Positions 36,683-47,289 of a stretch of 64,000 nt of DNA are shown here, in pieces (the first letter of the stretch is position 1; the number at the start of each line of letters is the position of its first letter). Where the stretch lies: positions 6,777 to 70,776 of the forward strand of contig JABUFC010000004.1 in the NCBI GenBank assembly GCA_013314715.1, in the 5' to 3' direction. The notes beneath the pieces were generated by a model that saw only the letters and a program-made list of their open reading frames with translations, ran no database searches and was not told the origin of the DNA. Both the position numbers and the translations under genes were made by a program. Source of the stretch: Bacteroidales bacterium. GTDB taxonomy: Bacteria > Bacteroidota > Bacteroidia > Bacteroidales > GWA2-32-17.

Positions 36683-38661
36683 ATAAAAATACAAACCATA
36701 AACTGGTATATACCATAAAAGAGCGTTGTAGGGTTTGCTATACTTGTGTAAGAGAATGCCCTGCCAAAGCTATTCGCATCAATAATGGACAAGCCGAAGT
36801 TATACATGAACGTTGTATTGGTTGTGGAAATTGTATTAAAGTTTGTAGTCAAAATGCCAAGACATTTGTACGAAATGATGCCGATGTTTTGGAGCTTTTA
36901 AATGGCTCTAATCAAGTTTTTGCTCTTTTAGCTCCAAGCTTTCCAGTTGAGTTTTGCGAAGTTGATAATTATAAAAAAGTACTCGGAGCAATTAAAAAAC
37001 TTGGTTTTTCTAAAATTATAGAAGTCGCATTTGGGGCTGAACTGGTTGCTCGTAAATACAAAGAATTATATCAAAATGAAAATTCGTTTTATATTACATC
37101 CGATTGTCCGGCTGTTACTTTTTTTGTACGCCAATATTATCCGGAGTTAACGGTTAATTTAGCTCCTATTGTTTCGCCCATGGTTGCTACTGCTAGAGCA
37201 GTAAAAAAATATTACGGACAAGATGTGAAGTTGGTTTTTATTGGTCCTTGTATATCTAAAAAAGTGGAGAGCAACGAAGTAGATGTAGCAATAACCTATA
37301 AAGAGCTACGTAGCTTGTTTAATCAAAAACACATTGTCGAAGACGAATGTCCAGAATCTGATTTTGATTATCCAAAAGCATATAAAGCAACTGTTTTTCC
37401 TATAAATTTTGGACTATCGCAAACGATGGGACGTTATTATGACTTGTTCGAAAATAAATTTTTAGTTGCTCAAGGAAAAGAAGACATGCAGCAGGCTATA
37501 AAATGGTTTTCGGACGAAAGTCACGAAAAAAAGAATCTTGAATTATTGTGTTGCGAAGGTTGTATTATGGGACCTGGCATTACCAATCCTATTGTTAGTA
37601 AATTTGTAAAACAAAATTTACTTATAAGCTATGCACGTCAAAGGTTAAACGAAACGACTACCGAAGAGTTTGAGCAAACGATACAAGCTTTTAGCGGCAT
37701 AGATTTATCCACGAAATTTACTCCACAAGATAGAAGAATTGCTATCCCATCGTACGATGAAATAGATAAGGTTTTAAGAAAAATGGAAAAAAAAACAGCA
37801 TCCGATATGCTTAATTGTGGAGCGTGTGGTTATGCAACCTGTATCGATCATGCCATTGCCATTATTGAAGGAATTGCCGAAACAGAAATGTGCTTACCCT
37901 ATACCATTGAGAGTCTGCATAAATCAGTAAAAGATTTAGCACTTACCAACGATAAGCTTAGTTCGGCACAAATAGCCTTGCGACAAGCCGAAAAGCTTGC
38001 ACACATGGGACAACTGTCGGCAGGTATCGCTCACGAATTGAATAACCCCCTTGGTGTTATTATTATGTATTGTAATTTGTTGCTCGAAGAGTGTCCACCC
38101 GACTCTCCTATGCGTAAAGACCTTGAATTAATAGTAGAACAAGGGAACCGATGCAAAAAAATTGTTAGCGGATTATTAAATTTTGCTCGAAGAAATCAAG
38201 TGAATGCCACTGAAACAGATTTGTATGCATTAACCGAAAAAGCCTTAGAAGCAGTTCTTATACCCGATTTTATTAAAACGAATATTCAAGCAGACAGAAA
38301 ACCAATGTTGGCAATAATTGATGCGGATCAAATATTGCAAGTATTAATTAATCTTATTAGAAATGCAGCCGATGCTATAACTCATAAATCTGGCATTATT
38401 GATATTTTTTTAACAGAAGAACCCAATTATTTTGTTATTAAAGTTAAAGACAATGGAACAGGTATTGCCGAAGAAAATAAAGCAAAACTTTTTGAACCCT
38501 TTTTTACAACTAAACCCATTGGGGTTGGAAATGGTTTGGGCTTGCCAATTGTTTATGGAATTGTTAAAATGCATAAAGGTATTATCGAAGTAGAAACCAA
38601 CGATGATGTTAAAAAAGGACCAACAGGAACAACATTTATTGTAAAACTACCTAAAAATTAA
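36679..38661 (+). CDS. putative sensory [FeFe]-hydrogenase domain fused to a histidine kinase
   Basis: 660 aa with 2x[4Fe-4S] (CRVCYTCVRECP, CIGCGNCIKVCS). H-domain motifs are ITSDCPAV, GPCISKKVE and LLCCEGCIMGPG, with an extra cluster NCGACGYATCIDH...EMC. A coiled coil follows, then H-box SAGIAHELNNPLG and an ATPase with N (LIRNAADA), DNGTGI and GLGLPIV. ATGA overlap with the hydA stop. Confidence 0.8.
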   Translation: MNKNTNHKLVYTIKERCRVCYTCVRECPAKAIRINNGQAEVIHERCIGCGNCIKVCSQNAKTFVRNDADVLELLNGSNQVFALLAPSFPVEFCEVDNYKKVLGAIKKLGFSKIIEVAFGAELVARKYKELYQNENSFYITSDCPAVTFFVRQYYPELTVNLAPIVSPMVATARAVKKYYGQDVKLVFIGPCISKKVESNEVDVAITYKELRSLFNQKHIVEDECPESDFDYPKAYKATVFPINFGLSQTMGRYYDLFENKFLVAQGKEDMQQAIKWFSDESHEKKNLELLCCEGCIMGPGITNPIVSKFVKQNLLISYARQRLNETTTEEFEQTIQAFSGIDLSTKFTPQDRRIAIPSYDEIDKVLRKMEKKTASDMLNCGACGYATCIDHAIAIIEGIAETEMCLPYTIESLHKSVKDLALTNDKLSSAQIALRQAEKLAHMGQLSAGIAHELNNPLGVIIMYCNLLLEECPPDSPMRKDLELIVEQGNRCKKIVSGLLNFARRNQVNATETDLYALTEKALEAVLIPDFIKTNIQADRKPMLAIIDADQILQVLINLIRNAADAITHKSGIIDIFLTEEPNYFVIKVKDNGTGIAEENKAKLFEPFFTTKPIGVGNGLGLPIVYGIVKMHKGIIEVETNDDVKKGPTGTTFIVKLPKN

Positions 38662-38664
38662 AAT

Positions 38665-39042
38665 ATGGCAACAATACTATTAGTGGACGACGATTACGAC
38701 TTTTTATATCAGTCGAAAATCTGGTTTTCGCAAGCTAATTTTAAAGTAATAACATGCAATGCTAGCACTGAAGCAGCTAAGATTATAGAACAAATAAAAC
38801 CCGATATAGCACTCATCGATTTAATGATGGAAACTCACGATGCTGGATTTGTTTTGGCACGAAAAATAAAACAGCTCTATCCCAATTTGCCCGTTATTAT
38901 GCTAACAGCTGTTAGTTCAGAGTTAGGAATTTCGTTCGATACCAACGATCATAATTCAAAAAATTGGCTTCATGTTGATGCTATTATTGATAAAGGGAAA
39001 GATTTTAAATATATACAAAAAATTATTGAACAATATATTTAG
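38665..39042 (+). CDS. single-domain response regulator (receiver only)
   Basis: 125 aa with ILLVDDD, phospho-acceptor context IALIDLMM, and VIMLTA. There is no output domain. Confidence 0.85.
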   Translation: MATILLVDDDYDFLYQSKIWFSQANFKVITCNASTEAAKIIEQIKPDIALIDLMMETHDAGFVLARKIKQLYPNLPVIMLTAVSSELGISFDTNDHNSKNWLHVDAIIDKGKDFKYIQKIIEQYI

Positions 39043-39044
39043 TT

Positions 39045-40175
39045 ATGGAAGTACTTAAAATTTTAGTTATAGACGATGAAGTCGGAATACGTAGTGGGGT
39101 CAATAGAATATTGAACAACTATAAAGTTAATTTTCCTTTTTTAGATGACGAAATTGTATTTGAAGTAAAAGAAGCAGCTTCGGGCGAGGAAGGTATTGAA
39201 ATTATCAATGCCGATAATCCTCAGGTTATTTTGCTTGATAATAAGCTGCCAGGAATGCAAGGATTAGAAGTGCTTGAATATATTCAAAGAGAGAAAATAG
39301 ATGCCTTAGTAGTAATGATAACCAGTTATGCTTCGTTAGAAGTAGCTGTGCAGGCAACACGAAAAGGTGCTTACGATTTTATTCCAAAACCTTTTACACC
39401 ACAAGAACTTAGAACAACTATGGAAACTGTTGCTCGTCATGTCTTTTTAAGAGGTTTAACAAAACAATTAAACACTCAAGGAAAAGTGGTTCGTTTCAGG
39501 TTCTTATCCGTATTATCGCATGAACTTAAAACCCCTCTTAATATTATTGAAGGTTATTTAAAAATGATGAAAGAACGACAAGCAGGCAACGATCTTAGTG
39601 CATACGAAGAAGTAATTGATCGTTCTTTGTTTCGCATACAAAATATGCGGAATTTAATTTTTGACTTACTCGATTTAACCCGTATTGAAACAGGACAAAA
39701 AGAGCGAAAATTATTGCCTGTTAATTTAGCTAAAATAGCAGCTTTATCTATCGATACTTTTACACCTTTAGCCATTCAAAAATCGGTAAAGATCATATAC
39801 GAAGGTCCATCAGAAGTGTTTTTAGATGCTATGGAAGAAGAAATTGAAATTGTATTCAATAATCTTCTTTCTAATGCCATAAAATACAATAAAAACGAAG
39901 GAGAGGTACGATTAATTATTGAGCCTAAAGTAGATCATATTATCGTTATGGTTAAAGATACTGGTATTGGCATGAACGAGGAGGAGGTAAAACGCGTTTT
40001 TGAGGAGTTTGTTAGAATTAAAAATGCAAAAACACAAAATATTTCGGGAAGCGGATTAGGGCTTTCCATTGTTAAAAAAATATGTGAATATTATAATGCT
40101 GAAATTAAAGTAAGTAGCAAAGAAAATCAAGGTACAACGATAATTATTAAATTTAATAAAACCAAATATGAATAA
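39045..40175 (+). CDS. hybrid receiver-histidine kinase
   Basis: 376 aa. N-terminal REC (ILVIDDE, VILLDNKLPGM, KPF), then H-box LSVLSHELKTPLN and HATPase (NLLSNAIKY, DTGIGM, GSGLGLSIV). Confidence 0.85.
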   Translation: MEVLKILVIDDEVGIRSGVNRILNNYKVNFPFLDDEIVFEVKEAASGEEGIEIINADNPQVILLDNKLPGMQGLEVLEYIQREKIDALVVMITSYASLEVAVQATRKGAYDFIPKPFTPQELRTTMETVARHVFLRGLTKQLNTQGKVVRFRFLSVLSHELKTPLNIIEGYLKMMKERQAGNDLSAYEEVIDRSLFRIQNMRNLIFDLLDLTRIETGQKERKLLPVNLAKIAALSIDTFTPLAIQKSVKIIYEGPSEVFLDAMEEEIEIVFNNLLSNAIKYNKNEGEVRLIIEPKVDHIIVMVKDTGIGMNEEEVKRVFEEFVRIKNAKTQNISGSGLGLSIVKKICEYYNAEIKVSSKENQGTTIIIKFNKTKYE

Positions 40176-40785
40176 TATTCCTGAAAAAACAGTAGAAAGA
40201 CTTAGTTTGTATCGAAGAGTACTAATAGATGTTTTACCTACGCAAGATTACATATATTCTCATGAATTAGCATCATTGCTTCATTTAACACCTGTACAAG
40301 TTAGACGCGATTTAATGTTAATTGGTTATAATGGTACTTTACGCAAAGGATATAATATTCAAGACCTTTTGCAACGCTTATCTGATATTTTAGATAGCAA
40401 TACTCCCACCCATATTTGTATTGTAGGCATGGGAAATCTTGGTAGAGCTATCACAGGATATTTTAATGGTCGTCGATCGAAACTTAGAATTGTTGCTGCT
40501 TTTGATAACGATGTTACAAAAACTAACCGAATTATTAGTGGAATTCAATGCTATTCATCGAACGAAATGTACCAAGTTATAAAAAAAGAAAATATTAGTA
40601 TTGGTATTATAACTACACCACCAGAAGTTGCAGCAACGGTATGCGAACAATTAGTAGCTTCTGGAATTAAAGGAATTATGAATTATACACCGGCACGTTT
40701 AAAAGTTCCCGAATCGGTGTTTTTAGAAGAATATGATATGATAACCTCACTCGAAAAACTGGCTTTTTATATTTATCACGCATAG
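40168..40785 (+). CDS. rex: redox-sensing transcriptional repressor Rex
   Basis: 205 aa with winged-helix N-terminus ERLSLYRRVL and Rossmann motif IVGMGNLGRA. It overlaps the upstream kinase gene by 8 nt. Confidence 0.85.
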   Translation: MNNIPEKTVERLSLYRRVLIDVLPTQDYIYSHELASLLHLTPVQVRRDLMLIGYNGTLRKGYNIQDLLQRLSDILDSNTPTHICIVGMGNLGRAITGYFNGRRSKLRIVAAFDNDVTKTNRIISGIQCYSSNEMYQVIKKENISIGIITTPPEVAATVCEQLVASGIKGIMNYTPARLKVPESVFLEEYDMITSLEKLAFYIYHA

Positions 40786-40789
40786 CAAA

Positions 40790-41686
40790 ATGAATGTTTA
40801 TCATAGCTTTGATGATTTTATTGAGATAAAGAATCCAGTAGTAACTACCGGTAGTTTCGATGGAGTTCATCTGGGGCATAAAAGTATTATTCAGCGTTTG
40901 AATCATATAGCGAGGCAGATTGACGGAGAATCGGTTCTGATTACGTTTCATCCGCATCCGCGAAAGGTGCTTTATCCCGATACGGTTGGCAAAGAGCTGT
41001 TTCTTATTTATTCGCAAGAAGAAAAGATTTTAGCACTCGAAAAAGCCGGATTGCAACATTTATTTATTATTGAATTTACAAAAGATTTTGCTCAAACATC
41101 TTCCATCGATTATGCACGAAAAATTTTACATCAAAAACTAAAAGCCAAAGTGGTAGTAGTAGGATTTAATCACAATTTTGGACACAACCGCGAAGGTAAT
41201 TACCAAATGCTTTTCGAACTTGGACAAGCGTTAGGCTTTTGGGTAGAACAGTTGCCCGCCTTAGAAATTGAGCACGAATCGGTAAGCAGTACCCGCATAC
41301 GCAAAGCCATTATGAACGGCGAAATTCAAAAAGCCAATGCTTGCCTCGATGACAACTATTTATTGATTGGGAAAATTGAAAAAATAAATGATTTCTACCA
41401 TATTGCTGTTGAAGAAGATTGCAAATTGCTACCTCCATGCGGTATATATGCAGTAAAAGTATCATTACGTCATCAACAAGAAAAAGCTCTTGCCATCATC
41501 GAGAAATTCGAAAACAATCAAAACAGAACGTTAAAATTACTCACCGGCAAAGAATTGCAATGGCTGAATGAAAAGGCAGTTGTGCTTTTTTATAAAGAAC
41601 TATCTATCTGGAGCGAAAATACGCCTCAACCCGATTTATTGGAGCTATACGAAATATTGAATAAAATTGAAGAATGGATATATTAA
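40790..41686 (+). CDS. ribF: bifunctional riboflavin kinase / FMN adenylyltransferase
   Basis: 298 aa with TGSFDGVHLGH and SSTRIR motifs. Confidence 0.88.
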   Translation: MNVYHSFDDFIEIKNPVVTTGSFDGVHLGHKSIIQRLNHIARQIDGESVLITFHPHPRKVLYPDTVGKELFLIYSQEEKILALEKAGLQHLFIIEFTKDFAQTSSIDYARKILHQKLKAKVVVVGFNHNFGHNREGNYQMLFELGQALGFWVEQLPALEIEHESVSSTRIRKAIMNGEIQKANACLDDNYLLIGKIEKINDFYHIAVEEDCKLLPPCGIYAVKVSLRHQQEKALAIIEKFENNQNRTLKLLTGKELQWLNEKAVVLFYKELSIWSENTPQPDLLELYEILNKIEEWIY

Positions 41687-41688
41687 TT

Positions 41689-44600
41689 TTATCGAAAAGT
41701 TATTATTTTCTTAATCACTAGTTCTTTACTGTCGCTTACTTTTAACAAATATAATCCTTGATTTATATTCAAATCAAAACGAAAAGGACTTGATTCGTTG
41801 ATTTTTAATTGCTGTTGAGCTATTACATTCCCACTTAAATCGGTTAATTCAACCCAAAGTCTATCACCAACCGAATGATATACTTCAATCTGAACCTTAT
41901 TGCCCAATCCTTGCCCAACCTGAACGGTTAATTTGTTATTATTTACGGTACTAAGCAAAGCTACTATTCCAAGCTCTTTCTGATAACCATCGTTGTCTAT
42001 TTCAATCAATTTATAATAAATATAACCGATGGGGACATCCTTATCTTCAAGTGTATAAGAAGTAAATTCGTTTGTATTGCCTTTTGACAAAACCATCCCG
42101 ATAGGAATAAAATGTTCTAAATCGTTTACAGAGCGTTCAATAGCGTAATGACTACAATTTATTTCCGAAGCTGTATTCCATTGTAGATAAGCCGTATTGT
42201 TTTTATACTCGGCTTTAAAATCAATCAATTCAACTGGTAGAGGTCCAATATTCGATTTGGCTATGGCAAAGTCTGAAAAAGCTGTTAATGCTTTTCTTTG
42301 GGCAGTTACCCAGCCACTTCCCATCGATTGATCGCTATTGTTATGTGTTCCTTCTGAAACCCAATCAAAACTACTGTTGGGGCGTTTAATAACCGCATGC
42401 GAGCTGGCAATAGGACCAGGATTGGTGTGTCCACGCGATGTTAAGCTAATATCGTAATTAAACGTACCTGCGTTGGGAGTAAAAGTCCAAAAACCATAAT
42501 CGAGTAATTCGGTAAGTAGGCTCCCCGATATTAATAAGTTCAACGAAGCAATGTTGGTAGAAGTAACATGTGGATTAGTAAATTTTCCATCTATGTATGT
42601 TAAACCGGAAGAGCTATTAAGCTTGATAGTTCCCAATTCGTAATAGCTGCTGGAGCCTAATGGAAAATCGTAGGTGCCGGTAGAAGCTACATAACGACGT
42701 AAATTACCTGAAATGTAACTATTGGTGCTATGTCCTAATATACTTGTAGTGGAGGTATTGTTTACAATAACTTTATTGCTACCGGTAACAACTAAACCCT
42801 TTGTAAGGCTTAAAATATTGCTTACTGTAATATCGTTATTGAGCGAAAATGTATGGGTTGCGGTTGACTTATTAAGGGTGAGATTATAAAAATTGGCATT
42901 ACCACTCCCAGAAAAGCTAGTATTTGCAGACCCTACAAGATTTACTAAACCATTTGTAAAACTAATAGTGCCGTTTTGAGTAATATTGCCATAGACATCC
43001 AAACGGCTGTTAGCGTGGTTCATGGTAAGTGTACGACCGCTTTGAATTTCAATATTGTTGCATTCGGCAGTGGTATATCCATAGGTTGATGGATTTCCTA
43101 TGGTGGGTTCATTGGTAACACCTGATGTTGGAATTAACACATCTACAGATGAAGTAGGAATTTTAAAAGTGTTCCAGTTTTCGCAGTTGAACCAATTAAT
43201 GTCAGATTGACCTGTCCATTTGCCATCCACATAAGTGCCAGCATCAATAATCATTTGTGGACAAGAAGTATTACCTTTATAATCAAAGCCTCCCGTAGCA
43301 TAAGCTGTATTATCGGCATATGTATCCCAATTGGCAGTCCCGTCGTTGATTAAGGCAATCCAATCAAGACGGTTACGGGTGGTGCTTGAAAAATCAATAG
43401 CGTCAGGGTCATCAAACTTTACTTTTGCATTTCCAACTACATTGGTAGTAAAACAGTTCATATTTGGATATAGATTGCAAAATGTAGTGCCTCGATCGCT
43501 ACCTGTTGGCGATGAAGCATTCCATCCACTTTCAGTCCAACCATACAAAACATTGCCGTTATAGGTGCTATGATGAGAAGTGGAATTGGTCCATGTACCA
43601 CCTTGCATAATCCACATATCATCATCTGAATTAAGGTTAAATCCACCAATACTGCCACCAGATAAAGCACTTTTTGTCCAGTTGGCATCGATGGATCCAC
43701 ATGTCCAAATGTCGAAATGAGAACTTGAAGTTACATTTCCACCAGACACTGTCGATTCAAAAACAATAATAGTACCTTTAGGTAATGTTGTCCCGGTGCG
43801 AGTAATGGTTATAACTCCTTCGGTTCCGCCCCATTCACCTGCATATTGTCGTTCGTAACCATTATCGGTTATATATATTTGAGTTCCGGGTAAAATATCT
43901 TTAAAACAAACAAAAGCTATTTGATCGCAACCCGAGGTAGGCAAGTTGGTATTTACTGCAAGAATAGCTAAGTCACCAGGTTCGAGTATAGTAACATTAC
44001 TAATATCGAAATTACTGCTGTTTACATCAGAATATCCCGATGAAGAAGCCGTCAAATAAAAGTTAGTACCAGAAACGGTGTGAATGATGCTTGAAAAAGT
44101 TGCTACACCGCTTGAGGCAATGACGCTAAGTGGCGAGCCGGTCATTGTGCCTGTGCTAATCAACGAAACAGAACCCGTAAAATTAATATCGACATTCCCA
44201 TTTGCATCGGTTAACCCAACTTTAACGGCCGGGGTCATGGTTGCACTAACACCCGTGGTTGTTGGCTGTGTAATAAAACGTAATTCTGTACCAACAACGG
44301 TAAAAACATTTTGTCCATTGGTAGAGCTAATAGCTGTAAATGCCGCACATTGAGAGCCAGAAGCATCGGTAGTAACATTGGTGTTGGAAATAGTAAATAC
44401 AAAATCATCGCCATCGTTATTGCTACCACTGTTGTTGGGGCTTGTTTGAACCGATAGTCTTAGTGTTAGTGTTTTTGATGTTCCATCGGCAATAGAAATA
44501 AGCGGTGAACCTGAAAATTGAATTTGATTTGTAGTAATTACAGCATCCGCAAGTTTTGTTGTGCCATCAAATAAAGCACAAGCTTGAATAGCGTCTGACC

Positions 44601-45684
44601 AGTCGTTCATGGCATTGCCTGCTGCTTGCGTGATGGTTATATTATTAATAATGGTAGCAAGGGCATCGGCATCGGTCAGGTCGCTTCCACCTTCGCGTAT
44701 GGTAAATTGCCAAACCTGAACTCCATCGGAGGTAGTGTTTATACTGGCATCGTTTTCTAACGAAGAAACTGTTGTTGCTTCTCCATCTGCTGTAATAAAA
44801 TCGGTTTCGATTGAAAGTGTTCCAGTACCTTGAATGCTAAAGTTGTATGGATTTTCGTCGGCATCGCTATTGGCAATGCTTATGGTTGCTGTTCGTAATC
44901 CGGCGGCGCTTGGATCAAAAGTAACTTGAAAAGTTGTGCTGCCCGATGCTGCAATGCTGTTTGACGGGATGGCTGTTACTGAAAAATCGGATGCATGCGT
45001 ACCGCCAATTACCACATAGGGGCTTGCTCCTGTTAAATTCAATGCAGCAGTTCCTGTATTCTGAATAGTAAATGTGCGAACAACACTTCCGCTCGAAACG
45101 TTGACACTTCCGAAATCGGTATGGTCAGCGGTAGAGGGTGTGGCATCACCATTGGCAATGGAAATTCCATTCCCTTGGATATTAATTTCGGGAGCGGAGA
45201 CGGCGTTCAGAGTAACAATAATATCATGTACATAAACTGCTTCGCTTGGAGATGATAAACGAAGCTTTGTAGAAGAGCTTGTGTTATAGGAATATGTGTA
45301 TGTAGCACCTATGGTGCCAATTGCGCTGAATGTTGTAAGATCTTGCCATGAACTTCCATCATAATACTGTAATTTTAAGGTTCTTCCGGCAGCTCCGGCA
45401 GCTAAATGAACTTCAACTGTACCAACAGAGCTTAAAGTTGGTAATTCAACAATACCCGACGAAGATTTCATCTGTATTCTTCCAGCACTACATGTACCAG
45501 TAGCAGCTGCAGCATTTGCAACAATGCACTCTGTCATTGAAACGGTTCCAGCAGTAATAACTTGTGTGTAAGATCCATAACTAACATGATTTGTCCAGCT
45601 CTGAATATTTTCATTAATTTGACCTTTCCCAATAAAAAAGCCAAATAATAAAATAATTAATATTTTATACTTTAACATATTCAT
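41689..45684 (-). CDS. very large secreted surface protein, T9SS cargo
   Basis: About 1331 aa from the ATG at 45684 ([17 protein letters not shown]); the track start is TTG 45720. It is Thr/Ser/Asn/Gly-rich with beta-rich repeats. A segment [28 protein letters not shown] resembles choice-of-anchor-D/ASH-type Ig domains. The C-terminus ...[22 protein letters not shown] is T9SS CTD-like. Confidence 0.7.
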   Translation of the reverse strand: MNMLKYKILIILLFGFFIGKGQINENIQSWTNHVSYGSYTQVITAGTVSMTECIVANAAAATGTCSAGRIQMKSSSGIVELPTLSSVGTVEVHLAAGAAGRTLKLQYYDGSSWQDLTTFSAIGTIGATYTYSYNTSSSTKLRLSSPSEAVYVHDIIVTLNAVSAPEINIQGNGISIANGDATPSTADHTDFGSVNVSSGSVVRTFTIQNTGTAALNLTGASPYVVIGGTHASDFSVTAIPSNSIAASGSTTFQVTFDPSAAGLRTATISIANSDADENPYNFSIQGTGTLSIETDFITADGEATTVSSLENDASINTTSDGVQVWQFTIREGGSDLTDADALATIINNITITQAAGNAMNDWSDAIQACALFDGTTKLADAVITTNQIQFSGSPLISIADGTSKTLTLRLSVQTSPNNSGSNNDGDDFVFTISNTNVTTDASGSQCAAFTAISSTNGQNVFTVVGTELRFITQPTTTGVSATMTPAVKVGLTDANGNVDINFTGSVSLISTGTMTGSPLSVIASSGVATFSSIIHTVSGTNFYLTASSSGYSDVNSSNFDISNVTILEPGDLAILAVNTNLPTSGCDQIAFVCFKDILPGTQIYITDNGYERQYAGEWGGTEGVITITRTGTTLPKGTIIVFESTVSGGNVTSSSHFDIWTCGSIDANWTKSALSGGSIGGFNLNSDDDMWIMQGGTWTNSTSHHSTYNGNVLYGWTESGWNASSPTGSDRGTTFCNLYPNMNCFTTNVVGNAKVKFDDPDAIDFSSTTRNRLDWIALINDGTANWDTYADNTAYATGGFDYKGNTSCPQMIIDAGTYVDGKWTGQSDINWFNCENWNTFKIPTSSVDVLIPTSGVTNEPTIGNPSTYGYTTAECNNIEIQSGRTLTMNHANSRLDVYGNITQNGTISFTNGLVNLVGSANTSFSGSGNANFYNLTLNKSTATHTFSLNNDITVSNILSLTKGLVVTGSNKVIVNNTSTTSILGHSTNSYISGNLRRYVASTGTYDFPLGSSSYYELGTIKLNSSSGLTYIDGKFTNPHVTSTNIASLNLLISGSLLTELLDYGFWTFTPNAGTFNYDISLTSRGHTNPGPIASSHAVIKRPNSSFDWVSEGTHNNSDQSMGSGWVTAQRKALTAFSDFAIAKSNIGPLPVELIDFKAEYKNNTAYLQWNTASEINCSHYAIERSVNDLEHFIPIGMVLSKGNTNEFTSYTLEDKDVPIGYIYYKLIEIDNDGYQKELGIVALLSTVNNNKLTVQVGQGLGNKVQIEVYHSVGDRLWVELTDLSGNVIAQQQLKINESSPFRFDLNINQGLYLLKVSDSKELVIKKIITFR

Positions 45685-45786
45685 GTTTATACTACTACTA
45701 AAACGTTTAAAACTACACAAAGGTTGCTTTGTTATAGTTAAATAATTGTTAATAAATAAGGAAAACTATTTACTGTTTTCGGTTGT

Positions 45787-46416
45787 TTATTGTTTTTGGC
45801 TGGTAATTGGCATTAGGTCGGTCAATTCTTCTTTCAGCCAGTGGGTTTTAATATTTAACATTTTTGCTGTATCAATGTTTTCGATGCTGTCGTCAATAAA
45901 CAAGGTTTCTTCGGGTATTAAACCTTGGTCGTTTAACACATGCTTGTAAATCTCAATGCTGGGTTTACGCATTTTGATTTCAAACGAAAAATATGCTTTA
46001 TTAAAAAATTCATTGAATTTTAAACCACCGGTTGCTTTTTCGAAATCAATTACATAGTGGGTGTAATGAAGGTGGTTGGTATTGCTCAATAAGTAAATGC
46101 GGTAGTGGTTACGAAGATTTTTAAGGAGTTTTATTCGATGATAAGGTATATCGAGCAGCATAGCATTCCAAGCTTGAACAATTTGGTGAGTTTGAGTTTC
46201 GGGAGCACAATTTTGCTTAATATACATAATAAACTCACTATCGGAAATAAGTCCTAATTCGAATTGGTGTAATAAATGGGTGGTGTTTAAATCGGTGAAA
46301 AGTTTTTCGGGATGATGTAATTTTAGTTCTTTTAATGCATTTATAGTTCGTTTAGGGTCGATGTTAATGATAACGCCGCCAAAATCGAAAATGATATTTT
46401 TAACTCCGGTTAACAT
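45787..46416 (-). CDS. HAD superfamily hydrolase (subfamily IA-like)
   Basis: 209 aa with motif I IIFDFGGVI, motif II LLSNTN, and motif IV FIDDS. Confidence 0.75.
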   Translation of the reverse strand: MLTGVKNIIFDFGGVIINIDPKRTINALKELKLHHPEKLFTDLNTTHLLHQFELGLISDSEFIMYIKQNCAPETQTHQIVQAWNAMLLDIPYHRIKLLKNLRNHYRIYLLSNTNHLHYTHYVIDFEKATGGLKFNEFFNKAYFSFEIKMRKPSIEIYKHVLNDQGLIPEETLFIDDSIENIDTAKMLNIKTHWLKEELTDLMPITSQKQ

Positions 46417-46424
46417 GATGTAGG

Positions 46425-46838
46425 TTAAAAATACTTGGGTTTAACGACATCAGATAAAATAACCGCTTTTTTTAAATCATCGTAATTAATTTTAAAGTTT
46501 GGTTCATTGTTTTCTTTAGTTTCGTTAAGATGTTTCTTGTTTTTGATAATTCTGTGATCGGAAATAATTTCATCTTCTATCATTTCAAGGTTTTCTGATG
46601 TTGTTTCTAATGAACTTGTCATGGTGGTAAAGGTTGTTTTTTCTATTTTGCTGGTTGAATTGCTTATGGGTTTTGTATAATTTTTTTGATCTGGGGTTTG
46701 AATGGTAGACTCTGTGTTTTTATTAGGTGTGGTTTGCGATGCCTGTGTTTTTGCTTTTTTCTTGTTGAAAACTACAAAAAGCACTATTCCTATAATAATA
46801 TATACTATTCGTTGGATGATTTCTTCGTCCATGGCCAA
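46425..46838 (-). CDS. hypothetical single-pass membrane protein
   Basis: 137 aa with one TM helix (IVYIIIGIVLFVVF) followed by a low-complexity T/S/N/K-rich tail. Confidence 0.4.
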   Translation of the reverse strand: MAMDEEIIQRIVYIIIGIVLFVVFNKKKAKTQASQTTPNKNTESTIQTPDQKNYTKPISNSTSKIEKTTFTTMTSSLETTSENLEMIEDEIISDHRIIKNKKHLNETKENNEPNFKINYDDLKKAVILSDVVKPKYF

Positions 46839-47248
46839 TGAATTTTTTTTATTGAAATGTGAGGCAATTTAATCTTTTTTCTTGACATTCTTACAATAAA
46901 ATTGTCAGTATGTTTATTTTTATTGATTCTTTCAGCTTTTTTAAGATTTTTTCGCATTCTTCGATGAACTTTTTTATCGGTAGCAAGTTCTTTAGGTCTA
47001 TCTACTTTTTTCCAAAAACGTTTTTTGGTTTTTATTTCGTTGTAGCTAGCAGCTTTTTCTTTTTTTCGTTGTTCTTTTTTAGCTTTGCGAACTTCTTTAG
47101 GTTCACGTTGAAAAATTTTTTTTATTGAAAAATGTGATTTATGCTTGGGTTTTATATCAATAGAATGAGGTTGTGCAATGGATTGCAAAGAAAAAAAAGT
47201 GATGCTTGCAAAAATAATAAATATGAGTCGTTTATAGTGGGGTTGCAT
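46805..47248 (-). CDS. hypothetical Lys/Arg-rich secreted or membrane-anchored protein
   Basis: Trimmed to the ATG at 47248 (MQPHYKRLIFIIFASITFFSLQSIAQ). The remainder is extremely basic (KKEQRKKEK, RRMRKNLKK). The antisense track ORF 46910..47128 is a poly-Phe artefact of this. Confidence 0.4.
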   Translation of the reverse strand: MQPHYKRLIFIIFASITFFSLQSIAQPHSIDIKPKHKSHFSIKKIFQREPKEVRKAKKEQRKKEKAASYNEIKTKKRFWKKVDRPKELATDKKVHRRMRKNLKKAERINKNKHTDNFIVRMSRKKIKLPHISIKKIHWPWTKKSSNE

Positions 47249-47289
47249 GTTAATGTCTTTTGCGATATCTTTACTCAAAAAATTGAATC

